A stretch of DNA of 64,000 nucleotides from Leucoraja ocellata (taxonomy: Eukaryota), in assembly GCA_036785375.1 (NCBI GenBank), contig JAWMAR010000309.1, positions 62,001-126,000 of the forward strand. Reading direction: 5' to 3'. The notes under the pieces were generated by a model. The model was not told the origin of the DNA. It did no database searches and saw only the letters and a program-made list of their open reading frames with translations. A program made the position numbers and the translations under genes. Of the stretch, positions 13,724-25,914 are shown piece after piece (within the stretch, counting starts at the first letter, position 1; the number at the start of each line of letters is the position of its first letter).

Positions 13724-14576
13724 TAACTCCTTCCTCAACTCCATCCAGGGACTCCGACAGCCCTTTCAGATGAGGCAGGGGTTCACTTGCACCTCTTCCA
13801 ACCTCACCTACTGTATTCGCTGTATCGGCGAGGCCAAGCACAGACTGGGCGATCGTTTCGCTTAACACTAACGCTCAGTCCGCCTTTACCTACGTGATCT
13901 CCCTTTTGCCAAACATTTTAACTCCCCTTCCTGTTCCCATACTGACTTTTCTATCCTGGGCCTCATCCATAGTCAGAATGAGGACACATGGAAATTGGAG
14001 GAACAGCACCTAATTTTTCGCTTTGGCAGCTTACACCACAGCGGTATGAAAATTGACTTCTCTAATTTGAAGTAACCCTTGCATTCCCTCTCTCCCCATC
14101 CCACCCTATCCCTCCCTCACCCTAGTCGAAGTGCTAGTTTTACTGTTCATATCCCTTCTGTAAATAGCCAAAGAATACAATCTGAAGTTCAAGATCATCT
14201 TTAATCAGTATTCATCTTATAGCGGTACAGCAGGTTGTTAGTTGTTAGATCATCGTGACCGCTTCCAAGATTGACTAGTGTAGGAAGTGGGTGTTAGTAT
14301 AAATTGTACAGTAGGGTGAGATTAGTGATGCTATTCTACTATGATTGGTTCTCCTGCATAAACCAATCTACACCTTCATTATCACCTCTTCCACAGCCAA
14401 CAATGGACCATTGTGAGCTCCACTTTTCCTTGGTCATGGGTGCCGGCTCTGATTTCTTCTGAACCATTTCATACCTCTAGTTTACCTCTCCCCGAAGAAG
14501 GGTCTCGACCCAAATCATCACCTATTTATTTTCTCCAAAGGTGCTGCCTGACCCGCTGAGTTATTCCAGCATTTTA
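13724..14576 (+). mobile_element. Penelope-like element (Neptune-type) 3' remnant: GIY-YIG endonuclease pseudo-ORF plus pLTR
   Basis: FTCTSSNLTYCIRC/IGEAKHRLGDRFA*H...AKHFNSPS...KLEEQHLIFRFGSL...GMKIDFSNLK*, followed by the ubiquitous GAAGAAGGGTCTCGACCC...CTCCAGCA repeat; interrupted by a solo LTR. Confidence 0.85.
14159..14372 (-). mobile_element. Solo LTR (214 bp) nested in the Penelope remnant
   Basis: TGTA...TACA termini, perfect 5-bp TSD CCTTC (14154-14158, 14373-14377); ATTAAA on minus strand suggests orientation. Confidence 0.8.
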
Positions 14577-15954
14577 TAGGAGCAGAATTAGGCCATTCGG
14601 CCCATCAAGTCTACTCCACAATTAAATCAATCATGGGAGATCCATCCTTCCCTCTCAACCCCATTCTCCGGACTTCTCCCCATAACCCCTGACACTCTTA
14701 CTAATCAAGAATCTGTCAATCTCCACCATTAAAACATCCATTGACCTGCCCTCCACAGCCTTCCGTGGCAAAGAATTCCACAAGTTTAGAGGTACAGAGT
14801 GGAAACAGGCCCTGTGGCCCACCATGCCCTCGTTGACCATCAATCACCCATTCACACTAGTCCTATGTTATCCCACTTTCTCATCCACTCCCCGCTACAC
14901 ACTGGGGGGGTAATTTTTCAGAGGCCAATTAACTTACAAACCCGCACGTTTTTGGGATGCGGGAGGAAACCGGAGCACCCGGAATAAAAACAAACAATCC
15001 AGTACTTTCTTTCTTGTTTAAAGTGGGAATTGATAGTGAAATGTCCCTGTGGGGAGATAAGCCCAAAGGAAAGTGTTCACCCATCCGCAACGACAATATA
15101 TTCTTTCCAACTGTAATTATTCACGGTCAGCGCAAAAGTCAGTTTCTATAGGTAACTCTGCGTTTGCGATAACCTGACACTTAATCTTCGAGAGGAACTA
15201 ATTGGGGATGAGATCGCCACAGGGTCAAACTGGAGTTCTCTAATGTTGGAAATCATGTGGGCTGACCCATCATATCAGGACTCCAGGCAGTACAAAGTGC
15301 ACACATTGTAGCTGGAACGATGAAGCATTTTATCTCCAGTGACATTCTGTTGTTTCACAAATCAGACAATTTTGAAAACAGAATTATCATCCTCAAAATG
15401 GTGTCTTTTCAATACACATGTGCAAAATGTGCAGATATTTAGACTAGTCCCGTTGTAGTTACCAAGGACTTAGAGAAATAGCATCATATTTACCCCAGAT
15501 TTTTGGCAGTTCTTGGTTTTATCTGACATCAGTTTTCTTTACCTGCTATTCTCCCATCGTCAAGACCCCCATTCCCTTTTATCCCTCCTCTTCCCGCAAA
15601 TAGCGTCATAGAGCCATGCAGCGTGGAAACATGCCCAACTTGCCCATGCCGAGCAACATGTCCCATCTACATTGATCCCACCTGCCTGCATTTGGCCCAT
15701 ATCCCTCTGAACCTATCCTATCCATGTACCTGTCGAAATGTTTCTACAATGTTGTGATAGTACCTGCCTCGACTATTTCCTCAGGCAGCTCGTTCCATAC
15801 AACCACCGCCCTTTGTGTAAAATGTTCATTTACATTTGTCTGTCTCCCCCTTCCCCTGTCCCCTTCCACCCATATCCCTGCCTCCAGCTTTACATTTCAC
15901 TCTGCTTAACTGGCGCCCTTTTGTCTCCTTTAAACCTCCAGCCTTTGTCACTTA

Positions 15955-16592
15955 AGGGCCTGTCCCACTTGGGCGTCATTTACGCGATATCATTTACGCG
16001 TCGTGACCAGTGCCGGATTTAGATGAAGAGAGGCCCTAAGCTGTTCCACTTGTGAGGCCCCCAACGACCGGACAGCCATGGCGGCCAAATCTCCCACAAT
16101 TCAAAGCGAGGGAGAAAGTGCCCAGCGCCGACCAGTTGCCGTTGCAGTGCGCATGCGCAGGGCGGCCGATGATGTGCTGGCCGTGGTTGTGCGCATGTGC
16201 AAGGCGGCCTGCCGTGCCGGCGGATGAGGAGCGAGCGGAGCCCGGCGGGGGGAGATGGAGAGAGAGGGATAGAGAGGGGGGCCGCCCAGAGTTGAACGGT
16301 AGGTGTTCTGCCTTGGTCGGAGGCCCCCCTAGACCTCGAGGCCCATCACTTTTTTCGGGGGGGCCCCCTAGAAAGTGGGGGCCCTAAGCTATAGCTTGTT
16401 TAGCTTATACGTAAATCCGGCACTGGTCGTGACGTGCGCATGGCGTGCATGATGCGCGTTTGGCACGTGGTGTGGCGTGGAGGCGTATGCAATGACGCAC
16501 GGTAGCGCGCGGCGCCCCAAGATTTTGGGATGCTCAAATCCTCGCACGCCACCCACGTGACGCGCAAATGACGCCCAAGTGGTACAGGCCCT
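15955..16592. mobile_element. PIF/Harbinger-type MITE
   Basis: TIRs AGGGCCTGTCCCACTTGGGCGTCATTT / AAATGACGCCCAAGTGGTACAGGCCCT, 3-bp TSD TTA. Confidence 0.85.
16008..16425. mobile_element. hAT-type MITE nested in the Harbinger MITE
   Basis: TIRs CAGTGCCGGATTTA / TAAATCCGGCACTG, 8-bp TSD GTCGTGAC (16000-16007, 16426-16433). Confidence 0.88.
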
Positions 16593-17997
16593 TTATTCCA
16601 CTCATCTGCCATTTAATGTCCCTCTCACCTGTATCCACCTGTCACTTTCCAGGCTTTGTCCTGCCCCCACCTCTCTTTTCCCAGCTTTCTCCTCCTCCCC
16701 ACTCTGAAGAAGGGTCCTGACCTGATACGTTATTCGTCCATTCCCTCCACAGATGCTGCCTGACCCTCTGAGTTCCTCCAGCACTTTGTGCTTTGCTCTA
16801 AAATAAAACAAGATGATATGTATTTTGTGTTCATTACCAATGGCAGAAAATTCAAACTGGACAGATTTTGAAAAAGAAAAACATTGTTTCAGACACTTCG
16901 GAAAAGTAATAGTATTTCTTCAGAGTATTGGCACCTCGCCAACTCCAATCATAGAAAAATTATTTTAGGAACAATAAGTAATTAAATCAATCATTCTGCT
17001 TTCAACAGACACAATTAAACAAATCTTTCAAGCAGTATTAGTAGTAAAATTAATTAATTACTATCAGATTTATAAATGCGCTCATCAAAAATCTACGCCG
17101 TTGCTTATTTTGCAAAAATAGATACAGATTTCACCCAGAAAACCTCATTTTTAAGTAATTAGTGGATTTACTTGGCTACAATTCCCATAAAATCCAAAAC
17201 ATTGGTTTTTATGATGTGAAACAAGTGGCACCTTCCCCATCCCTGCTATTCCTTACATATCCATTTACCTATCTAAAAGCCTCTTAAATACCACAATCGT
17301 AATTGCCTCTGCCACCACGCTTGGCCGCACGTTCCAGGCATCCACCACTCTCTTTGTTTAAAAAAAACTATCCCCTCATCTCAGAGACCCAGGTTCAATC
17401 TGTACAGTTTGTATGTTCTCTACGTCCGAGTGAGTTTTCTCCGGACGCTTCGGTTTCCTCCCAAATTCATACAGGTTTGGAGGTTTATTGACTTTGGCAA
17501 AGATTATATATTTTTTAATAGTCTGATAGTTGTTGGGAAGAAGCTATTATTGAACCTGGTAATCACGGTTTTCATGCTCCTGTACCTTCTTCCTGATGGT
17601 AGGATTGAAATGTGAACATGTCCAGGGTGGTGGGGGTCTCTGATGATGCTGGCTGCCTTTTTGAGCTAACGACTCCAATAGATCCCTTCGATGGTGGGGA
17701 GGTCAGTACCTGCGATGGACAAGGCAGTGTCCATCTCCTTCAGCATTGAGCGTGGGAGGTAGACATTTTCAAACTTCTGTACATTTTGCCTGATGGGAGA
17801 GGGGAGAGGGGAGAGGAGGGAGTGACCGGGTGCGACTGGTGTTTGAATATGGCGGTGGCTTTGTCGAGGCAGCGTGGTGTAGATGGACTTGATCAAAGGG
17901 AGGATAATGGAAGGGAATTGGGGAGCAAGCTGGTGGGTCTTGAAGGCTTGTTTTGCCAATGCTACCAGTTGTACTAATGGTGTTCTGTATTCTCCAG

Positions 17998-18399
17998 AGA
18001 GTAGTTTGAACGTGACTGTCACCAGTAACACCACCAAAGTTTTGGAGGGCGGCATGCTTCAGTTTGTATGCAATGTTAATTTGCCGATCGGCAACCACAA
18101 TCGCCTCTCCATCACCTGGCAGATGATCAACAAGCGGGGTCAGGCCATTGACGTTATCAGCCGGGAACAGGACGGGACCCAAGTCATTGACACATCGTAC
18201 CACAAGCGGGGGGCCAGCGGAGACCTCAGGCTGGTCAAACAAGGGCCGGGCTCCTTTGTGTTGCAGCTCCACAATGCAGCGGTGTCGGATGACGGAGAGT
18301 ATATCTGCACCATGGCCGAGTGGATCTCAAGCGCGGCCAGAGATTGGCAGCGGGTCGGGAAGCAATCGGCCCGCATCGGTGCAGTGGTTACTCCACTTG
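17998..18399 (+). CDS. IGSF3: IGSF3 exon, Ig domain 4
   Basis: ctccag|AGAGTAGT...CTTG|gtaagt; 402 nt; branch-like TACTAAT at 17972; (K)SSLNVTVTSN...DDGEYICTMAEWIS. Confidence 0.95.
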
Positions 18400-20964
18400 G
18401 TAAGTGTCAGCACCAAAGACCTGAGAACTGAAAATATCTGTGATATGAAATGATATGAAATGAAAATATCTAGCATGGAATGAACATTGACTTCTCCAGT
18501 TTTAGGTAACCTCTAACAAGGTGGTGGCACAGTGGTTACAATTTGGTAAAAATTGTACATTGCCCCTTGTGTGTAGGATAGGGCTAGTATACTTGGGTGA
18601 TCAATGGTCGGCGTGGTCGGTTATTTTCGGGTTTGGGTTGGGACCTTTCTACAAACTCATGTTAAAGCCGGCACTGGATGAGAGAGGTGCTTTGTACAGG
18701 CAGCAATAGATTTGGGGAAAAGTAGAAACAAGGAACGGCAGATGGTAGTATACAAGAAAAGGCACAAAGTGCTGAAGTAACTCAGCGGGTCAGGCAGCAT
18801 CTCTGGAGAACATGGATAGGTGAATTTTCTAGTCCCCACCCAAAACGTCACCTATCCATGTTCTCCAGTGATCCTGCCTGACCCGCTGAGTTACACCAGC
18901 ACTTTGTTGTTTGATTGAAACTATCTTGTGCTTTAGTCTGGTACATGATTATCCAAAAGAAGTGCTGGAATATGTAGGCACATAGGGATTGCAGATGCTT
19001 GTTTACAAAAAAATAGACACAAAGTGCTGGAATGAGTGCTGGATCTGCCAGTATCTGTGGAGGATATGGAAAGGTGATGTTTAAGGTTGGGACCCTTCTT
19101 CCGACTGATGAAGTACAGGAAAAAAGCTGGAAGATGGGTGGGGCAGGACAAAGCCTGGCAAGTGATAATAGACACAAAAAGCTGGAGTAACTCAGCGGGA
19201 CAGGCAGCGTCTCTGGAGAGAAGGAATAGGTGATGTTTTGGCATGTGACCCTTCTGCAGACGAGTGGATGCAGGTGAGGTGGGGGTGGGGTGATTGACAA
19301 ATGGTTATCCAAAGGCTAGAGATGAAGAGACAAAAGGTAGTGAGGTAAGGAGAGAAGGATAGAAGAGGCATGAAATGTGATGCCTGAGAAAAGGATATGG
19401 ATGAAAGGGGGTGATGGGTTGGGGAATGGAAAGGGGAGCAGGGTAGTGGGAGAAATGTGTGCGCTTCCAGTTGTGGCACAGGGAAGAGGGCAGGGGAGGT
19501 ATGTTTCTTGGTTATTATTAACCTAAAACTGGAGAATCCTATTTGGTTGTGAGCTCACTAAATATGTCAATATTTGTAATATGCCACTGATATTGTTCAA
19601 TATGGCTAGATTTTCCAGGGCCATATGTTGACTTGGGAACTAACTATTTTAGTGTTTTACAAAGAGAGTGAGTTAATTGATAATTATGTAATTAAGCTGC
19701 CTTTAGAAAAGAGCAACCATCCATGATAGAATTTTATGAAAAGATTGAAAATGATTTTGTTCAATCTTAAATGTAATCAAAGCAAATTATGGAGCTGGCT
19801 ACAGAGATTGGGGAACTACACTACAAGGGATGGTGTTGAAATACACAATGACTAACATTTCGTGAATTAATGCAGTTTATCGCAAAAATACATCTCTTTG
19901 TGGCACAAAAACCCAACTGGAAAGATTAGCCGAGAATGACAAACAAGAGAAGTTGGCAATAATGTTAGACAAAAGGAAAAAGCTAATAACCTACCAGAAG
20001 GCTCAGCAACCCCATGTAATGAAAAGCATAAAGGAGGTTTTTTTTTATTAAAGGAAAGTAAATTAGAATATGAATGAATATAGAAACAGATTTCAAATGC
20101 CCATTGGTTCAGAGGTATTTTATTGTCGCATGCAGTGAAATTCTTTTTTTGTACATAGTTCAGTAAAAATCTGATGCCACAGGTCCACCACTGATTTTCC
20201 AGTACCCTTGTTTCCAGAGCCTAGCAGTATTATCTATCCCGCAAAGTCGACTATGAGAACAGACCGCATAGGACAAATTCAACCTGCTGATCGGCCGCGG
20301 AAATTAACGATGGGAACGGATCCGCCTGTCCATTCCCTCCACAGATTCTGCCTGGCCCGCAGAGTTGGTTTTCTTTAGGTTGGTTTACATAGAAACATAG
20401 AAAATAGGTGCAGGAGTAGGCCATTCGGCCCTTCGAGCTTGCACCGCCAATCATGACCATGGCTGATCATCCAACTCGGTATCCTGTACCTGCCCTCTCT
20501 CCATACCCCCTGATCCCTTTAGCCACAAGGGCCACATTTAACACCCTCTTAAATATAGCCAATGAACTGGCCTCAACTACCTTCTGTGGCAGGGAGTTCC
20601 AGAGATTCACCACTCTCTGTGTGAAAAATGTTTTTCTCATCTCGGTCCTTAAGGATTTCCCCTTTATCCTAAACTGTGACCCCTTGTCCTGTACTTCCCC
20701 AACATCAGGAACAATCTTCCTGCATCTAGCCTGTCCAACCCCTTAAGAATTTTGTAAGTTTCTATAAGATCCCCCCTCAATCTTCTAAATCTTCTAAATT
20801 TTTAAGATGCTTTTTAAGATTACTTTTAAGATACAGCGTAGAAACAGGCTGAGTTACTTCTGCACCTAGCGTCTTTTTTATAATATCTTCCCATTGACTA
20901 TTTAGATGTTGAAATTATTGCACTTTGGCACCAACACCTTTTTTATTTGTTGATGGCTTTACAG

Positions 20965-21363
20965 AGAGTGGTTTCAGCGTAACAGCAATAACACGGACAC
21001 CCTCAGTGACGTACGGTAATGCGTTTGAACTCCAGTGCTTCATCAGACCAAACTATCCTTCCTGGGTGTCTGTATCGTGGAGGTGGAAATTCCAGTCATC
21101 CCAATCAGGCAACATCTACGACATGGTCACGTTTGCCCGCGACACGTCTATCATTTGGGGAAATAAGGTCACAAATTTTAAAAGCAAGACGATGATAACA
21201 AAGACGCCCAATAACGTCCGGCTAAACGTCTCCAAGGCTAGTGATTTGGAGGCGGGGAGATACCAGTGCATTGCAGAACTTTGGCATCAGAATCAGATGG
21301 AACAGTGGGTGAGGAAAGCTGAAAAATCGTCAAACATCCTGGAGGTCAAGGTCAAACCGCCAG
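20965..21363 (+). CDS. IGSF3: IGSF3 exon, Ig domain 5
   Basis: ttacag|AGAGTGG...CCAG|gtaagt; 399 nt; (E)SGFSVTAITRTPSVTY...EAGRYQCIAELW. Confidence 0.95.
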
Positions 21364-22160
21364 GTAAGTGCCTGAGATTCTCTTTCAGTCAGATAGCGAT
21401 GCACTTGCCTCGGTTTAATACATCAATATGTCTGCAGTCTAGCCTTGCAGGCACCTGTCTGTTTGCAGTATTGTTGTACATTACAAGCCATTTAAGCTTC
21501 TAAACCTGTTTGCTGCCTTATTAACATTCTGCAGCCCTGAATATTTGGTTGACAATATTTCAATTGTCTAAATGTTTATAATACACAAATTCGTATTCCC
21601 GTTTGGACAGTACATTTCCTGTTAATGATGTTAAATTCTGCATTCCGCTCCAATTGTTTTCCATATATTCGCATTTGCTGAATGCATCATATTTAGTAAA
21701 ATACGTTTAGAATAGGTGTGGGTAGACCCGAAACGTCGACTATTTCCTTCCTATAGGTGCTGCCTCATCCGCTGAGTTTCTCCAGCAGTTTTGTCTACCT
21801 TTAGAATAGGTGCTGCTCAATTCTCAGTGTAGAAGCAAGGAAATGCAAATGCTAGTTTAGCAAGGAAAGCGGTAACCAGTCTGAAGAAGGGGCCCAGCTC
21901 GAAATGTCACCTATCCATGTTCTCCAAGGATTCTGCCTGACCCGCTGAGTTACTCCAGCACTTTGTGGCTTTCCCTGTTCAATTCTAATTTTTTGAATGA
22001 AAGGTTCAGCTTGGGAAGAGGGCCTATGGTCCACCAAGTCCACGCCGACCTTCAATCACCTGTTCACACTAGTTCTATGTCATCTCACTAACGCATCCAC
22101 TCCCTGCACACTAGCAGATATTTACAGAGGCCAATTTTACTTCGGAGTCACGTGAGTGAC

Positions 22161-22196
22161 TACATGAAGAACCCCGCTAGGACGCATGCGTGTCAT
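22161..22196. repeat. DIRS left ITR core
   Basis: TACATGAAGAACCCCGCTAGGACGCATGCGTGTCAT is the reverse complement of 27264-27299 with one mismatch. Confidence 0.95.
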
Positions 22197-22326
22197 ATCG
22201 CTACACGCATTGCAAACGTCAGGCGGGGTGGAAGGACGTTCCCCCGCAGCGGCTGTTTAAAAAGCCGGAACCCGCAGGTAAGATTATTCTACGGTTAATG
22301 TGTGTTTCTTATACCAACTACAGGTA

Positions 22327-22794
22327 TACAGCCTGGGTTTCAACAACTAAGTTACAGCGATAGGTTGAATAAGTTAGGTCTTTATTCTCTGGAGCGCAGA
22401 AGGTTAAGGGGGGACCTGATAGAGGTCTTTAAAATGATGAGAGGGATAGACAGAGTTGATGTGGACAAGCTTTTCCCTTTAAGAATAGGGAAGATTCAAA
22501 CAAGAGGACATGACTTCAAAATTAAGGGACAGAAGTTTAGGGGTAATATGAGGGGGAACTTCTTTACTCAGAGAGTGGTAGCGGTGTGGAATGAGCTTCC
22601 AGTGGAAGTGGTGGAGGCAGGTTCATTGGTATCATTTAAAAATAAATTGGATAGGCATATGGATGAGAAGGGAATGGAGGGTTATGGTATGGGAGTGCAG
22701 GCAGGTGGGACTAAGGGGAAAAAAATTTTGTTCGGCACGGACTTGTAGGGCCGAGATGGCCTGTTTCCGTGCTGAAATTGTTATATGGTTATAT
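22327..22794 (+). mobile_element. 5'-truncated CR1 (HER1-like) LINE inserted in the DIRS leader
   Basis: Open CR1 ORF2 C-terminus (LGLYSLERRRLRGDLIEVFK...TRGH...FFTQRVV..WN.LP), 3' tail, flanked by AGGTA duplication (22322-22326, 22795-22799). Confidence 0.9.
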
Positions 22795-22805
22795 AGGTAG
22801 GAAAC

Positions 22806-24028
22806 CTGGACAAAGGAAAGAAAACAAGGGCTGCGATGAAGCTGGTGAAGGACCGCGGAACAGCGGGCAGCCAGCAGCGGCCAGCGGCACTTGGATCACC
22901 AATAATGGGATCAGCTGTGCCCAATGTCGCCTCCGCACCGGCCAAATCCACTCCGCGGCCGGGCAGCAAGGCTACACAAAAAACCAACAAGAGTCGTGGA
23001 CTCAGAGGAGTCCGACTCTGAGCAACCGCGGGCGGCCAGCGACCGTGAGCGCTGGAGCCGGATGGAGCGGTGCATGGAGCATTTGCTCCAACGTGACAGG
23101 CTCTAGGAGATGGAGTCGAGTCACTGTGGGCCCTATGGTAAACCCACAGCAGCACCTCTTGGAGGGCTGCACAGTGTCTCTCCCTCATCAGAGGGGAGCA
23201 CTGGGGGTCAGTTCTGGGCTGACCTTGAAGAGGGGTTCTCGGAAGAAAAATCAAGTGTGCAGGGGGTGCAGGAAAGAGAAAATCTGCTGGACATGGTGTC
23301 CAATTTCATACAGCCAGACCAGGCTGGCAATAACCTGGAGCAAAAGCTTGCTGCCAGTATAGACTATATGTCTTTAAACCAGCTACAAGAACAGGCTGTA
23401 TTGGACACCACATCAAGACATCTGGCACCGGGAACTGCATATCCCTGAATGTTCCAGCAGTCAACACCTGCATATGGAAATATATTGGAACAGGAGTTAG
23501 GAGCATGGACGTTAAACTCCAGAAAGTATTAAAACTCCTAGCTGCTGGGATAACAGCATTCGCCCGCAGTAGATGAAAAAGATATGTCTCAAGACCAACA
23601 GGATGCACTGGCATTGTGTTGTAACACTCAATATGAGTTAAACAACATCAGAAAGAATGCCATTCGACCCACACTAAATCCAGAATTTGCGGGTCTGTGC
23701 AAACCTGGGACCCCAAAACCGCCAATACTACTGTTTGGAGGGGACTTATCGAAGCAAGTAAAAGAGCTCGATGAAGAATCAAAAAGGGACTTCATCCAAA
23801 ATCCACTACAACTACAGACAGCACCCCTACGCACCCACCAGTAGAACAGGATGGTCTGGGAGACCGACTGGTGAAAGCTCGAAGGTTCGGTACACTAAAC
23901 ATGAGTCTTTTTTAGGCCATGGCCCAGGCCGACCTTCTTGGAAGATAAGAGAACCTCCAACATCAACCAAACCTCAAACCCAGAATCCACCGCCTCAACA
24001 TCAACGAAAGACTTACAGGAAGAAGTGA
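22806..24028 (+). pseudogene. DIRS gag-like ORF1, disrupted
   Basis: Pieces in shifting frames with stops: ...NCISLNVPAVNTCIW...RSMDVKLQ...ELNNIRKNAIRPTLN...LLFGGDLSKQVKE. Confidence 0.75.
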
Positions 24029-24045
24029 ACCTGCCACTGGTAACT

Positions 24046-25914
24046 ATGGAGGTAGGTGGGTCTGGTTCCCTACAAAATACAGGGAGCACGGAGGTTGGGG
24101 GGAGATTACACTCCTTTCTGAATGCATGGAGCATGATAACTTATATTTTAAGCAGTATCCAGGGATATACTATAGAATTTATACACAAATACAAACCTCC
24201 AGTTCAACACATACCGAACCGAGTGTTCGTACTTTCGGGTAAAGAGAAATCAGAAGCACAAGCTGAACTGGAGCGGCTTTACGCAAAAGGTGTAATTGAA
24301 AAATCCCAACACGAACCATTAGAATTCGTGTCCAATATATTTACCAAAAACAAAAAAGATGGTGGTTGTCGCATCATCATAGATCTGACCAAATTGAATA
24401 CTTTTGTACAATACATTCATTTTAAAATGGAAACCTTTGGTTACTGCTAAACAATTGATTTCCCAAGATTACTTCATGGCCAGCATCGATTTAAAAGATG
24501 CTTACTATTCAGTGCCTACACGAGGTGACCACAGATGTTTCTTAAAATTCAACTGGATGGGAAAGCATTGGCAATACAGAGCACTACCAAATGGGTTAAC
24601 ATCAGCCCCTAGGCTGCTCACAAAAATTTTGAAACCAGCCCTAGCATTTCTACGGAAACGAGAACACATGGTCATGGCATATCTAGATGGCATACTCATT
24701 GTGGGCAAAAATTTGGAATTGGCCAAACAAACTGTAACAGCCACAAAACAGTTATTTGAAAAACTGGCATTTATTATCCATCCAGTTAAATCTAAATTAA
24801 CGCCTTCCACTACAATGGACTATTTGGGGTTCACCATTGACTCAGTTCACTGTTGGTGACATTACCAAAGGGAAAGGCGATAGAATTAATAGAGGCTTGC
24901 AAAAACCTCATTGGCATCAATAAACCATCCATCAGGTTGGTAGCTAAAGTAATTGGCAAAATCCAGCCACACAATTTGGACCTTTACATTACCAAAATTT
25001 ACAAAGGGCAAAAATACAAGCTCTCAAAACTAATGCTGGTCATTTTGACAGACCGATGAAGCTACCAATCAAAGCCACAATGGAACTAAATTGGTGGATA
25101 GATAACATTTGGCATTCCTACAACCCAATCATTATCAGCAATCCTTCAACGGTGCTACAAACTGATGCCAGTGCACTTGGTTGGGGTGCCACCAATTCCA
25201 TCTCCAGCTGTGGAGGTAGATGGACTGCTCAGGAAGCATCATAATTACTCACACTGGGCATAAACTACCTGGAAATGTTGGGTGCATTTTATGGCCTAAA
25301 ATCATATTGTACTGGGTCACACCACCAGCATGTTAGATTACAGATTGATAATACCACCGTGGTAGCATATATCAACCACATGGGTGGAAACAAATCAACA
25401 TCATGTGACAATCTGGCTAATACAATTTGGCAATGGTGTACTCAGAGAGTTATTTGGATATCAGCAACTTACCTACCAAGTAAACTAAATTTAGTGGCAG
25501 ACACCAGGTCACGCAAATTTAATGAAAACACCGAATGGATGTTGAACAAAAAAGTATTTGCTGATATTACAGCACCATATGGAACACCAATTATCAAATT
25601 ATGTTTCGTGGGAACCAGACCCTGGGGCAGCGGCGACAGATGCATTTTCGCTGCATTGGGGGAAATTGTTTATATATGCATTCCTTCGTTTCTGCCTCAT
25701 CAGTCGGGTATTAAGGAAAATACAGCAGGACTCTGCGTCTGGTATTTTGATAGTACCCGATTGGCCTACTCAACCATGGTTCCCAGTGATACTGAACATG
25801 GTTTTAGAACCATGTATCACCATCCCAAATAGACCAGACTTGTTGGTACATCCCGTAACAAGGGATAGCCACCCATGCCATAAATATTTAAATTTATTAA
25901 TTTGTAGAGTTTAA
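24046..25914 (+). pseudogene. DIRS pol: reverse transcriptase, RNase H and Dam-like methyltransferase domain, frameshifted
   Basis: VGGRL, KKDGGCRIIIDL, IDLKDAYY, LPNGLTSAPR, YLDG (YLDD mutated), TDASALGWG, DNTTVVAYINHMGG, DAFSLHW, IYAFLRF (AFPPF-like, mutated), PDWPTQPWFP. Confidence 0.92.

Noticed and set aside
17883-17997. N-terminal extension of the Ig4 ORF, and similar overhangs on other exon ORFs
   Set aside because: Intronic read-through beyond clear AG/GT sites
22769-23362. 197-aa ORF and antisense 157-aa ORF
   Set aside because: Alternative frames of the GC-rich gag region spanning the CR1 junction
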